The notes under the pieces were generated by a model. It worked only from the letters and a program-made list of their open reading frames with translations. It ran no database searches and was not told the DNA's origin. A DNA stretch of 63,144 nucleotides, filler included, from Actinomycetota bacterium (GTDB lineage Bacteria; Actinomycetota; Actinomycetes; JAKEEW01): assembly GCA_046725875.1 (NCBI GenBank). It is 5 parts of 5 records of this genome, joined end to end, with 100 filler letters (N's around TTAATTAATTAA, not from the genome) between each part and the next. Parts side by side here need not be neighbours in the genome. Positions count along the whole stretch, not along the records: positions 1 to 14,869 come from JBKOZJ010000021.1; positions 14,970 to 30,502 come from JBKOZJ010000022.1; 3 more parts are not named here. One strand, 5' to 3'. Position 1 is the stretch's first letter; the number at the start of each line of letters is the position of its first letter. Positions 12,517-21,973 of the stretch are shown piece after piece. Made by a program: the position numbers and the translations under genes.

Positions 12517-12598
12517 GCCGCGAGCTTATTGACGCAGACGCAGCGAATACCTAAGCATTTTTTCGTTAAGGCTCGAGTCACCTGCTGGATTCGCAGCG

Positions 12599-12688
12599 TC
12601 AGCCAAAGAACAGCCAGACGACGATGGCCAAGATGCCCAGGATGACGAGCGCGACCACGATTGGGCTTGGTTTGCCTGCGCCGAACAT
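12599..12688 (-). CDS. Putative 29-aa single-TM small protein
   Basis: MFGAGKPSPIVVALVILGILAIVVWLFFG*; weak RBS. Confidence 0.4.
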   Translation of the reverse strand: MFGAGKPSPIVVALVILGILAIVVWLFFG

Positions 12689-12711
12689 TGCCGCTGCCTT
12701 CGTTGGTGCCG

Positions 12712-12806
12712 ATCGAGCAGGTCGGTTTCTTGGCCTCGAACCCTTCGGGCGTGATGATATCGGCGTCGCGCCGCGGCGACCTTCAGGATCTGGTCGGAGA
12801 CATCCG
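12712..12806 (-). pseudogene. Degenerate SHOCT-domain remnant
   Basis: With two frame shifts reads DVSDQILKVAAA-DADIITPEGFEAKK-DLLDR. Confidence 0.5.
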
Positions 12807-12876
12807 TAGCGTGAGCGTGGACCAGCGCCGCCCGAAGGGCAAGCAGCAACCGCGGCGCTAGCCGTCTTCCCGCCGC

Positions 12877-13773
12877 CTAGCCCGGGGGAGCAAACGGGTT
12901 GTCTTGGCGCACCGCGGCGGTTGGACTGCTCGTCGTGGGCGCGGTTGGTGGTGGCTCGCCGGTTCGCTGGGACGCTTGGGCTGGTCCTGACGGGGCCTTG
13001 CCCGAGACGACATCCGCCGAGGATGACGTCGTCATCCGGGATAGCTCCCGGTTTCGGCGCTCGGCGAGCACGGCCGAAAGAAACGCCGCGGGCGGCACGC
13101 CGTGCGGCACCGGCTGACCGATCCGTTGCGCGACCTCGGCACCGAGCCGCTGTCCCAGGTCCACCCGAACGGCAGGGGATAGTTCATCCATTCGGGAGAG
13201 ATACTGCCGCACCGCCAGCGCCAGATCGCTTGGCAATCCGGAGAGGTCAAGCGTCGCGACCCAGCCCGCGAGCTGCGGTGGCATGTACAAACTCGGTGCG
13301 TCGCGAACAGGGATGCGTTCCCGCACCACTACCGTGCCGGCAAGGTAATCCCCGACGCGCTTGCCCCGGGACGACGCGAGCGAGGTAACCAACCCGACGC
13401 CGAGCCAGCCAAGTAGCCACAGATCGACGAAGAAGCCCGCGAGCGCACGGACCAGGCCGTGGCGGAACCGGATCGGTCCACCGTCGTCGCGCACGACCCG
13501 CAAACCGAGCGCCAGCTTGCCCAGCGACCGCCCGCGGGACAACGTCTCGACCGCTGCCGGCAGTCCGACGAAGATCATCGCGACTCCCGCCACCGCCAAG
13601 GCGGCAAGCAGGGCCTGGTCAGCGACGCCGCCGATCGCCGCGAGTATCGCCGTGAGGCCGATGAACAGCAGGATCTGGACGGTAGCGTCGATCATGAAGC
13701 CCAACACCCGGCTCGGCAGCTTCGCCAGCCGCAGCTCGAGCACGACCGCCTCACCGGTCACGAGATCGCTCAT
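12877..13773 (-). CDS. RDD family protein
   Basis: LVTGEAV.LEL, GRSLGKLALGLRVV, KRVGDYLAGTVVV. Confidence 0.93.
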   Translation of the reverse strand: MSDLVTGEAVVLELRLAKLPSRVLGFMIDATVQILLFIGLTAILAAIGGVADQALLAALAVAGVAMIFVGLPAAVETLSRGRSLGKLALGLRVVRDDGGPIRFRHGLVRALAGFFVDLWLLGWLGVGLVTSLASSRGKRVGDYLAGTVVVRERIPVRDAPSLYMPPQLAGWVATLDLSGLPSDLALAVRQYLSRMDELSPAVRVDLGQRLGAEVAQRIGQPVPHGVPPAAFLSAVLAERRNRELSRMTTSSSADVVSGKAPSGPAQASQRTGEPPPTAPTTSSPTAAVRQDNPFAPPG

Positions 13774-13856
13774 CCTGCCGCTGCCTCCTGCTGCACCCTA
13801 CTGTTCCGGTCGAAATTCACGGCACCCTACTGTTCCCTGTGTGATGAGGAGGTCCG

Positions 13857-14861
13857 GTGGACATCGACGTCTTCGTGGCAGCGCACCGGGCGGAGTGGGA
13901 TCGCCTTGATGCCTTGACCCGACGAGGCTGGGCGCTGCGCGGAGCGGAGGCCGACGAGCTTGTCGAGCTCTACCAGCGCGTGGCAACCCACCTGTCGATG
14001 CTGCGGTCCGAGGCGCCGGACCCGGTGGTGCTCGGCCGCCTGTCCGCACTGCTCGCGCGCGCCCGGTCCACTCTCACCGGGACACGCGCACCGGCCTGGC
14101 GGGAGGCCGCGCTGTTTTTCACCCGCCGGTTCCCGGCCGCGCTCTACCAGAGCCGTTCCTGGTGGCTGTCGACAATGGCGGCGTTCGCCGTGGTGTCTAC
14201 CGCTCTCGGTGCCTGGATCGCTCGCACTCCGTCGGTGCAGGCCACAATCGCGGCGCCGGAGGAGATCAGGGAACTGACCCGGCCGGGCGGCCAGTTCGAG
14301 AGCTACTACTCGAGCAATCCCGCTGGCTCCTTCGCCGCCCGGGTCTGGGCGAACAACGCGTGGGTCGCGGCGGGCTGTCTGGTCCTCGGCATCCTCCTCG
14401 TGCCCGTGATCATCATGTTGTTCTTGAACGCGGCAAACGTCGCTGTGAGCGGCGGACTGATGGCCGCCGCTGGGCGCCTGGACATCTTCTTCGGCCTCAT
14501 TACACCCCACGGCCTGCTCGAGCTGACTGCAGTCTTCGTCGCCGCCGGCGCCGGGCTGCGGTTGGGCTGGGGTCTGGTCGACCCCAGCCGTCGGCGCCGA
14601 TCGGACGTTCTCGCCGAGCGGGGACGGGTGGCCGCTGGACTCGCCCTGGGCCTGTGCTGCGTGCTCCTAATATCTGGCGCGATCGAGGCCTTCGTTACGC
14701 CCTCCCCGCTGCCCACCGCTGCCCGGGTCGGCATTGGACTCGCCGCGGAGGCGCTATTCCTTGCTTATGTGTTCGTGCTCGGTCGGGGGGCGGCTCGGGC
14801 CGGTGAGACCGGCGACATCGACGAGGCAAGTCGCGGCGACACTTTGCTGTTCTCTGGCTAG
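13857..14861 (+). CDS. Stage II sporulation protein M (DUF95) family membrane protein
   Basis: MDIDVFVAAH...W.RL, NNAWVA, PHGLLELTA, IEAFVTP. Confidence 0.92.
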   Translation: MDIDVFVAAHRAEWDRLDALTRRGWALRGAEADELVELYQRVATHLSMLRSEAPDPVVLGRLSALLARARSTLTGTRAPAWREAALFFTRRFPAALYQSRSWWLSTMAAFAVVSTALGAWIARTPSVQATIAAPEEIRELTRPGGQFESYYSSNPAGSFAARVWANNAWVAAGCLVLGILLVPVIIMLFLNAANVAVSGGLMAAAGRLDIFFGLITPHGLLELTAVFVAAGAGLRLGWGLVDPSRRRRSDVLAERGRVAAGLALGLCCVLLISGAIEAFVTPSPLPTAARVGIGLAAEALFLAYVFVLGRGAARAGETGDIDEASRGDTLLFSG

Positions 14862-14869
14862 CTGAGCTA

Positions 14870-14969
14870 NNNNNNNNNNNNNNNNNNNNNNNNNNNNNNN
14901 NNNNNNNNNNNNNTTAATTAATTAANNNNNNNNNNNNNNNNNNNNNNNNNNNNNNNNNNNNNNNNNNNN
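14870..14969. other. Artificial contig linker
   Basis: 44 N + TTAATTAATTAA (stops in all six frames) + 44 N. Confidence 0.98.
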
Positions 14970-15864
14970 GGTTGAAGTCGGCCACCGCGACGGCGGACAC
15001 GCCGCTGTCCGTGGTCAGGATGGTCGGGCCGGTGAAGGTGCCACCGGTGCTGCCGAGCAGCACCATGATCTCGCCGGGGGATTGGTCGGCGACGGCGAGG
15101 TCGGGGTCGCCGTCGCCGTTGAACTCGCCCACCGCAACCGACACCGGGTCGGAGCCCGAGGCGACCGTGGTCGGCGCGGTGAAGGTGGCGGCGGCGCTGC
15201 CGAGCAGCACCAGCACCCGGCCGGAGAGCTGGTCGGCGACGGAGAGGTCGGGGTCGCCGTCGCCGTTGAACTCGCCCACCGCAATCGCGAAGGGACCGGC
15301 GGCTATACCGACGGTGGTCGGGGCGGTGAAGCTGCCGCCGGTGCTGCCGCGCAGCACCAGGATTGCGCCGGTCAGCTGGTCTGCGACCGCGAGGTCGGGG
15401 TCACCGTCACCGTTGAACTCGCCCACCGCCACCGCGGCGGGAAAACTGCCGGCGGGGAAATTGGTCGGGCCGGTGAAGGAGCCACCGGTGCTGCCGAGCA
15501 GCACCGAGATGAGGCCGTCGAAGGCATCGGCGACGGCAAGGTCGGGGTCACCGTCACCGTTGAAGTCGCCCACCGCGACCGCGAACGGGAATCCGCCGGT
15601 GGCGATGTTGGTCGCAGCGCTGAAGCCGCCACCAGCACCGCCGAGCAGCACCGAGACACTCCCGGCGAACTCGTTCGCAACCGCCAGATCCGGGTCACCA
15701 TCGCCGTTGAAATCACCCACCGCGACCGAGTTAGGCCCGTCACCGACGGCGAAGTTGGTCGGACCGGTGAAGGTCACAGGCGTCACCGCCAACGCTGCAG
15801 GCGCCACGAGTAGGGCGGCGACCAGGGTCGACGCTAACAGGACGGCCAGACGGATGCAGCGCAT
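14970..15864 (-). CDS. Secreted FG-GAP/VCBS repeat beta-propeller protein (3'-truncated)
   Basis: Signal peptide ending ALA, then 49-aa repeats with AVG(D/E)FNGDGDPDLAVA. Confidence 0.9.
14971..15780 (-). repeat. Intragenic tandem repeat, 147-nt period, at least six units
   Basis: GTTGAA anchor at 14971, 15118, 15265, 15412, 15559, 15706. Confidence 0.9.
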
Positions 15865-16494
15865 GTAACCCCCACCGGCGCCGGACAATTGTCACCTCGA
15901 CCCGAGCGTGGGCATCTTAGGCGCCGGCTGGCCGTGTGGCAACACGAATGCCGAATTCGGGCTCGGTGGTGCCGGAGACCTGTCGGCCCCTACATCGGCG
16001 AGATGGAGATCGTGCAAATCCCGCAGTTGTTACCTTCGTCGTCTTCGTCCGGATTCGGTTGACGTCGTCCACCGTGGCGACGACGGTGTGCGTATCGGGA
16101 AGCATCGGCCCCGAGGCCCAGCAACGTACCCAGGAGCGCCGCGATAACTTGCGTCGCGACCAGTAGCGGTACCCACGGCCCGCTAGGGGGGCGAGTTCCA
16201 GCGCATACTGAGCGTGACAGTCGCGCGATTCCGTCATGGCCACCGTTACCGAGTTGGGCTTCAACGTTGTGAATGCCAGCGCGAATGCAACTGACGACCA
16301 CCTCGAAGACCTTCGAGTCACCGATCCTGACGCGCCAGCGGACGAGTCGCCGTCGTCGAGGTGAAGGGCTACATCAAGGGCGCCAAAACCGAGGCGCACA
16401 CCTCGGTGTCGGCCGGTCTGGCCCTCCACGCGGCTCGGGTGTTCCGACGTCGGACTGTGACCTTCTGGGCCGGAGGACGCCGCGCACCCAGCTC

Positions 16495-16976
16495 CTAACC
16501 CGGCACTGAAGCCCAGGCACATACCCGCTTATCACGACCAAGGCCGGCGAAGGACAGGATCCCGTCGACGGGGTGGATGTAGTACGGCTGCTTGGCTTCC
16601 CGTCGGGTCCTCGCTGGGCAGCCACTGGTAGTAGCCGGCGGCGGGGATGACCGCCCGACGCTGGGCGAAGGGCCCCGCCACGACGGCGCGGTGGTCACCC
16701 TGTCGGACCGGGCGTTGTTGCAGGGTCGGCATCGTCTTCGCCTTCCCGGTTTTCGGGTCGATGCCTGGTTTCCACCATGCCGGCAACAGCCCCCACCGCA
16801 CCGCGCGGACCCCCCGCACCCGCCCCGGCCCCGTCGGGACGGTCGCGCTCGAGGACGGCGTAGACCTTGTTCGTCGGGGCCACGTTGTACGACGGCGCCA
16901 GCTCCTTGCCGTCACCGGGGCCGGTGGCCTTGTACTGCTCGATCAGCTCCGCCACTGAGACGTACCGGCCGCACAT
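16495..16976 (-). pseudogene. SOS response-associated peptidase (SRAP/YedK) pseudogene
   Basis: MCGRY, YNVAPT, RWGLLP.W, NAR, RRAVIPA.GYYQW, KQPYYI, FAGL spread over several frames; truncated. Confidence 0.85.
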
Positions 16977-17093
16977 CGCGTCCCGTCCTTCCCGTCAGCA
17001 TCACCTCGACACTCTCCGGGCCAGCAACCCTGAACTCCCAGGCGACCCGCCCACGCCCCACCTCGCGCTGTCCGGATCCAGGGGATCTTTGTC

Positions 17094-17554
17094 CTATGCG
17101 GGACGGGTCATTTCGAGGAACGGGTGGATGCCGCCGTTCGTGGCGTGATCGAAGGTTCTCAACGGTGAGAAACCAGCCCGCTCGTAGACGCGGATGGCAC
17201 GCTCGTTGAAGGTCGCGACTGACAAACGAAACCGACTTGGCGTGAACCGCTGTACGGCAAACGCGAGCCCAGCTTGGAGGTACGCCAGCCCGAACCCCCG
17301 CCCAGTGAGGTCTGGCCGAAGCCCAGGCCGACACCAATGCAGTCCCCCTCGTCCGAGAAGGCGAACCAACCGACCAGCTCTTCGTCCGCGCCAACGGCTG
17401 AGAAGTACTTCCCCTCGCGTGTCTCCTTTCCCAGGAGCTCCGCGAGGTCGTCAGCATCGGCCGTCCAGTCATAGAAGGAGTACGGAGGCTCGTACTGCCA
17501 GGCGGCAACCACGAGCGCTTCATGCTGGCTCATTGGCCGGATGTCGAGCTCCAC
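17094..17554 (-). pseudogene. GNAT N-acetyltransferase split by one frameshift near 17320
   Basis: WQYEPPYSFYD...VGLG in one frame; LRPDLTGRGFG...FNERAIRVYERAGF in another. Confidence 0.8.
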
Positions 17555-17985
17555 GAATCCAAGCTAGACGGTGGGCCGGCTCACGTCGCGAAAGTCGCGG
17601 TCCGGTCTACCCGGATCGCGAATCCTCAACACCACCGCATTGGACTGCGAGCACGCCCACGGTCGCCGATGCATATTGTCGGTTCGTCCATGTGGTGTTA
17701 TCGAAATTCGCGAAATCAGGCAGTTTCCCGAGAATCCTCCTGAAGCGCGAAGAACGTGGCTTGTTGCCATGCCGGAAGCGCCGGATATTCGCCACGCTGT
17801 GAACAGTACGTATTTCCTTAGTAACATCCTGTTATTCCGGTTGAATCCCTTATCAGTGTCTGCTCTGCTATTTTCACTGGGATCGAAGGGTCCACACCAC
17901 AGCATTACCCGGGGGCCCGGTGGGGGACTCACGCGTGCGACCACATAGCTGGCGGCCGGAACAACCCAGGCCCGAACTGGGGAAT

Positions 17986-18864
17986 ATGGGCATGCGCGGC
18001 CGTTCCGGGCGCGCCGGGGCGGGCGGCCCAGGAACGCCAGACAGCACTGGCGCACGCCCACCAGAAGCCGGGGCGGGAGGCCTACCATTCCGGGTCCGTC
18101 CGCCACGCCGCCCGGAGTCCAGCGACATCGCAGCGCACGACCCGGTGATCCTGTCCGACTACGACCTCGCGGTCATCCAGAAGGCGCTCGCAGCGGCCCG
18201 CCGGGATAGCAACGACGACCGGCAGGACGCCGCGGCGGGGCAGCATGCGACTGGCCCCGGCCCGGGGTCGCCCGCTGAAGAGCCCAGGGAGACCTCGCCG
18301 CCCGAGGCCCGGTATTCGGCGCCACCGCCTGCGATAACCCGGGCGCTTCCTGCGGCCAACCCGTCACCGCCATGGGGCAAGGTGCTGGGCAACACCATCC
18401 GGTTGTGGGCCCAGCATCGGTTGTGGCGCGATGAGAGCGTGCCGGAGGCGGTGGCGGTTCGGCGGTTGAATGCGAACCGAACCCGCCAACGTCGCAGACT
18501 CCTGCTCTATGCGCTCGCCGCTGCCAGCATCGTCGTCGCTGCCGCACTGGTCGATCACTGGGGTGTGCTGCCCAGAGTCGATGCCAATACCAGCTCCAGC
18601 CCTACGCAGGTCGGCGGTCCTCCCCAGCGCTCCCAGCTGCTACCTCCGTTGGATCAGCCGCCGGTCATGCACTTCAGCAACGCAGTCGATGTGACGTCGA
18701 CGCCCGCGGAGTCATCGGCGCCGACGGGTCCGGCAGCTGAGCCATCAGGCGCCCAGAACCCAGCCGCTCGGCCAACCGGGTCGCCGACACCTGCCGAAAG
18801 CCCGCGGTCCGCGACGGGTGAGAGTTCCGGCGGCGGGCCGTCAACCATTGCACGGGGAGGATGA
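17986..18864 (+). CDS. Pro/Ser-rich single-pass membrane hypothetical protein
   Basis: Long ORF with RRRLLLYALAAASIVVAAALV TM segment and low-complexity flanks; start uncertain. Confidence 0.55.
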   Translation: MGMRGRSGRAGAGGPGTPDSTGARPPEAGAGGLPFRVRPPRRPESSDIAAHDPVILSDYDLAVIQKALAAARRDSNDDRQDAAAGQHATGPGPGSPAEEPRETSPPEARYSAPPPAITRALPAANPSPPWGKVLGNTIRLWAQHRLWRDESVPEAVAVRRLNANRTRQRRRLLLYALAAASIVVAAALVDHWGVLPRVDANTSSSPTQVGGPPQRSQLLPPLDQPPVMHFSNAVDVTSTPAESSAPTGPAAEPSGAQNPAARPTGSPTPAESPRSATGESSGGGPSTIARGG

Positions 18865-18940
18865 CATCGATGAGGACACGAGCCACCGCCACCAGGGGCA
18901 CCGCGGTGCCCGTTCGGGCAGAGCGCGCGGGGACGCTCCG

Positions 18941-20236
18941 GTGAGCGGGCGAGTGCCGGTCGCGGCGTGGACCTTGATCAGCGCACTCGTGCTCGGCGCC
19001 TGCGGCGGCGCGGCGAGCAACCAGACGCGACCAGGCCCTCAGCCTCCTTCCCGGTGGTCCTCGGCGCGTGGCGTGCAGCTGTCCGCGCTCGACCCAGAGC
19101 GACAGGCGGTCGAGCTGCGCACGGAGCTCGAGGAGCGATTCGGTCAGGATGTGTTCGTGGGCGTACGCGTAATCCGAAGCCGGCTGCGTGGTGACCCTGA
19201 CTTCACGCAAGCGGCGATCAACGCCCTGTCCCGCAACTCCGAGGACCTGACCATGCTCCTCGGCCGGGTTTACGACAGCACGCGGGCGGAGGAATTCCGG
19301 CGGCTCTGGGAGTCGCAGCAGGAGAGTCTGGTCGCGTACGCCCGCGCGGCCAGCCAGCACGACCAGGCCGCGAAGGCCGCCGCCCGCGACCAGCTCGACG
19401 CTTCTCCCGGGCGGATAGCGCAATTCCTGCACGACCTCACCTCAGGGGAGGCCGCCGCGCCAGTCATCAGATCCGGCCTCAGGACGCACATCGACGACCT
19501 CATCCACTTCACCAATGCTTACACCGCCGGCGACTACGCGACGGCCTATCGGATCGAGCGGGTGGACTATGAGCGCCAGTTTGCCCTCGGCACGGTCATC
19601 GCCGCGGGGATCGCGCGCGGCCGTGCCGGAGACCTTCCGGCCGGCTTCGATAGCCCGCTCACGCGGCTGCAGTCGGCGCTCGGCATGCTGCTGGGAGAAC
19701 ACCTCCAGCTCGCCGTCGACGCGATGGGAGCCGCCCTTCGAGGCGGTCCAGAGTTCAGGGCCGACGCCGCACAAGTGAACGCCGCCACCGAGCAGCTGGC
19801 GAGCGCGTTCGGCGTTCTGTTCGGGCCGCAGAGCGGGAAGCGGTTCGCGAGCGTGTGGGGCGATCACGTCGAGGCTTTGATCAGCTACTCCGGGGCGGTC
19901 GCGGCCAATGATCAGGAAGGCAAGGCTAAGGCCCTTGCTCGGCTGCATGCGTTCGAACATCACCTGAGCACCTTCCTGAGCACGTCGACCGAAGGCCGGC
20001 TGAAGGCACCCGCGCTCGCGGAGGTGCTCCACATGCACGACCGTGAGCTCGTCCAGCAGCTCGACGCGTACGCCCGCGGCGACTACATGACCGTGCACCG
20101 CGTGATATACGAGGGCTACCAGCACATGTTCGACGTCGCCAAGGCGCTGTCCGGCGCGATCGGTCCGGCGATCGCCGCCCGGCTGCCTAAGGGGGGCGTA
20201 GAGACCGGCGGTGGGGCGATGGCGCGCTCACGATGA
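18941..20236 (+). CDS. Lipoprotein with two tandem all-helical repeats and a C-terminal LPKGGVETGGG motif
   Basis: Lipobox LGAC; two ~170-aa internal repeats; ATGA overlap with the sortase; start uncertain. Confidence 0.75.
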   Translation: MSGRVPVAAWTLISALVLGACGGAASNQTRPGPQPPSRWSSARGVQLSALDPERQAVELRTELEERFGQDVFVGVRVIRSRLRGDPDFTQAAINALSRNSEDLTMLLGRVYDSTRAEEFRRLWESQQESLVAYARAASQHDQAAKAAARDQLDASPGRIAQFLHDLTSGEAAAPVIRSGLRTHIDDLIHFTNAYTAGDYATAYRIERVDYERQFALGTVIAAGIARGRAGDLPAGFDSPLTRLQSALGMLLGEHLQLAVDAMGAALRGGPEFRADAAQVNAATEQLASAFGVLFGPQSGKRFASVWGDHVEALISYSGAVAANDQEGKAKALARLHAFEHHLSTFLSTSTEGRLKAPALAEVLHMHDRELVQQLDAYARGDYMTVHRVIYEGYQHMFDVAKALSGAIGPAIAARLPKGGVETGGGAMARSR

Positions 20237-20862
20237 ACCGTTGGCCGGCCGTACCGCTTGCCGCCGTGGCGTTGGCGGGGCTGCTTGTGCCGGGGTGCGG
20301 TGGGCCGGGGCGCAGCCCAGCCGCAGCACCATCTCCTCGTGGCGGGCAAGCGACGGCGGCGGAGCCGCGCCAGCCCCCCGACGTAGCGGGGTTTCACTCC
20401 GTTCGCACCTACGATCAGCCGGCCCCTCCAGTGCGGTTGTCGATACCCGCGATCGCCGTGTCCACGCCTGTGGTGCCGCTCGGCCGGCTTCCCGACGGAA
20501 GCCTGGAAGTCCCGCACGATGGGGACACGGCCGGCTGGTACGACCGGGGGGCTCGGCCTGGGCAGCCCGGCCCCGCGGTAATCCTCGGACACGTGGACAC
20601 GACGGCCGGTCCAGCGGTTTTCTTCCGGCTGCGTGCGCTGCGGCCGCGAGACATCGTCCGGGTGAGCCTGGCGGACGATCGAATACTTGCCTTCCGTGTG
20701 CAGCGAGTCAAACGGTATCCGAAGGATGAGTTTCCGACCGAGGCGGTCTACTTCCCCACGCTCAACCGTGAGCTGCGCCTCATCACCTGCGGGGGTGAGT
20801 TCGACTATGCCAGCCGAAACTATCGCGACAACATCGTGGTCTACGCGGCGCTGGTCGCCTGA
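20233..20862 (+). CDS. Class F sortase
   Basis: PVRLSIPAI.V, AGWY..G..PGQPGPAVILGHVD, LRLITCGG, YRDNIVVYA. Confidence 0.93.
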   Translation: MNRWPAVPLAAVALAGLLVPGCGGPGRSPAAAPSPRGGQATAAEPRQPPDVAGFHSVRTYDQPAPPVRLSIPAIAVSTPVVPLGRLPDGSLEVPHDGDTAGWYDRGARPGQPGPAVILGHVDTTAGPAVFFRLRALRPRDIVRVSLADDRILAFRVQRVKRYPKDEFPTEAVYFPTLNRELRLITCGGEFDYASRNYRDNIVVYAALVA

Positions 20863-20896
20863 GCGCTAGACGATTCGCTTGAGATTCTCAGGTTCG

Positions 20897-21973
20897 TCAC
20901 GAGCGGCCGGGCTTGCGCCGTACCCGCCGGATATCGAAGATCGCCACGCCGCCCAGGCCAAGTAGCAACACGGCGGCGATCAGCCAGGCCATAGACACAC
21001 CGGCATGACCGCTGCGGCGCGCGCCTGCGGACGCTTGCGCTCGTGGAGTGGACCCCTGGTAGGAGGCCGGCACTCGCACGGTCGCTTCGGCGGTTGCTGT
21101 CGTCCCCGCGTCGGCTACCGCCACCCGAAGACGGGTCGCAGTCAGCGCCGGGTAGGCCGTGGCGTACGCGAGCCGGTACTGGTGAACAAGGTCGGCGCCG
21201 ATCGCATCGACGGCTGGCATGAGCGAGCGAGCGGATGATGCGGTGACCGCCCAGCCCCCGCTTGCGCTGGCGAGCCGGGCGAACGATGGCGCGAGCTCCG
21301 GCACGGCCGCGACGTACAGGCTGGCATCTGCGGCACGAAGCTGCCCAGACACCGCGCTCGCCAATCCAGCCGGGATCGGATCCGTCGTGATGAGGACTAC
21401 GGCCCGCCGCCCCGGGGGCCCCCTGACGACCTGCCGGACGGCGAGCGTCAGCGCCGACGCATCATCGCGCGGGCCCGAGAACGTCGCACCCGCGAGCGCC
21501 CGCACTACCGAGCCGGCGTCGCCGGTCAGTGGCTGGATGAGGCGGGCATGCCTGGTGCCCACCACCGCCGCCTCGGCGCCATTCGGCAGGCCGATCACCA
21601 GGTCGGCTACGGCGTTCTGTGCACCCTGAAGCTCGTCGCCTGGACGGGCGTCGACGACCACGCCGATGCGCAGCGCCGACGCCGGAAGCGGATCTACCCG
21701 GACCGCCTTCGGCCGCCCGTTCTCCCACAGCCGAAAGGCTTGCGCGTTCAGCGGCTCGCCTGAGCCGGGAACCGCGACGATCACACCGACTTGTGACGTG
21801 TCGACCGCGATGGTGCCAACCACCCGAACCCCGAGGCCCGGCGTATGGCTGGTGGAGGGGCCGGCTGCCGCTGCCGTCGCCGCCATAGCGAAGGCAACTG
21901 CCGTCACGCTCAGCAGCCGCCCCCGTGCTGGTCGTCCCGGTAACGTTTCGGAAACCGCCTGATTGCTGTGCAT
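20897..21973 (-). CDS. Secreted vWA-like domain protein with C-terminal TM anchor
   Basis: Signal peptide, F.L.ENG, IGVVVD, RRAVVLITTD, LA..SGG, QY.L.Y; TM followed by RRVRRK. Confidence 0.7.
   Translation of the reverse strand: MHSNQAVSETLPGRPARGRLLSVTAVAFAMAATAAAAGPSTSHTPGLGVRVVGTIAVDTSQVGVIVAVPGSGEPLNAQAFRLWENGRPKAVRVDPLPASALRIGVVVDARPGDELQGAQNAVADLVIGLPNGAEAAVVGTRHARLIQPLTGDAGSVVRALAGATFSGPRDDASALTLAVRQVVRGPPGRRAVVLITTDPIPAGLASAVSGQLRAADASLYVAAVPELAPSFARLASASGGWAVTASSARSLMPAVDAIGADLVHQYRLAYATAYPALTATRLRVAVADAGTTATAEATVRVPASYQGSTPRAQASAGARRSGHAGVSMAWLIAAVLLLGLGGVAIFDIRRVRRKPGRS

Noticed and set aside
13857..14861. Evidence of endospore formation from SpoIIM
   Set aside because: DUF95/SpoIIM-like proteins are widespread in non-sporulating bacteria within MoxR clusters
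14914..14925. TTAATTAATTAA palindrome recurring four times
   Set aside because: Always centred in 44 N + 44 N; an assembly linker, not biology
18861..18944. Short ORF M(TSM)RTRATATRGTAVPVRAERAGTLR* overlapping both neighbours, as a leader peptide
   Set aside because: Adding one G fuses it to the lipoprotein signal peptide; cannot be distinguished from a frameshift or chance
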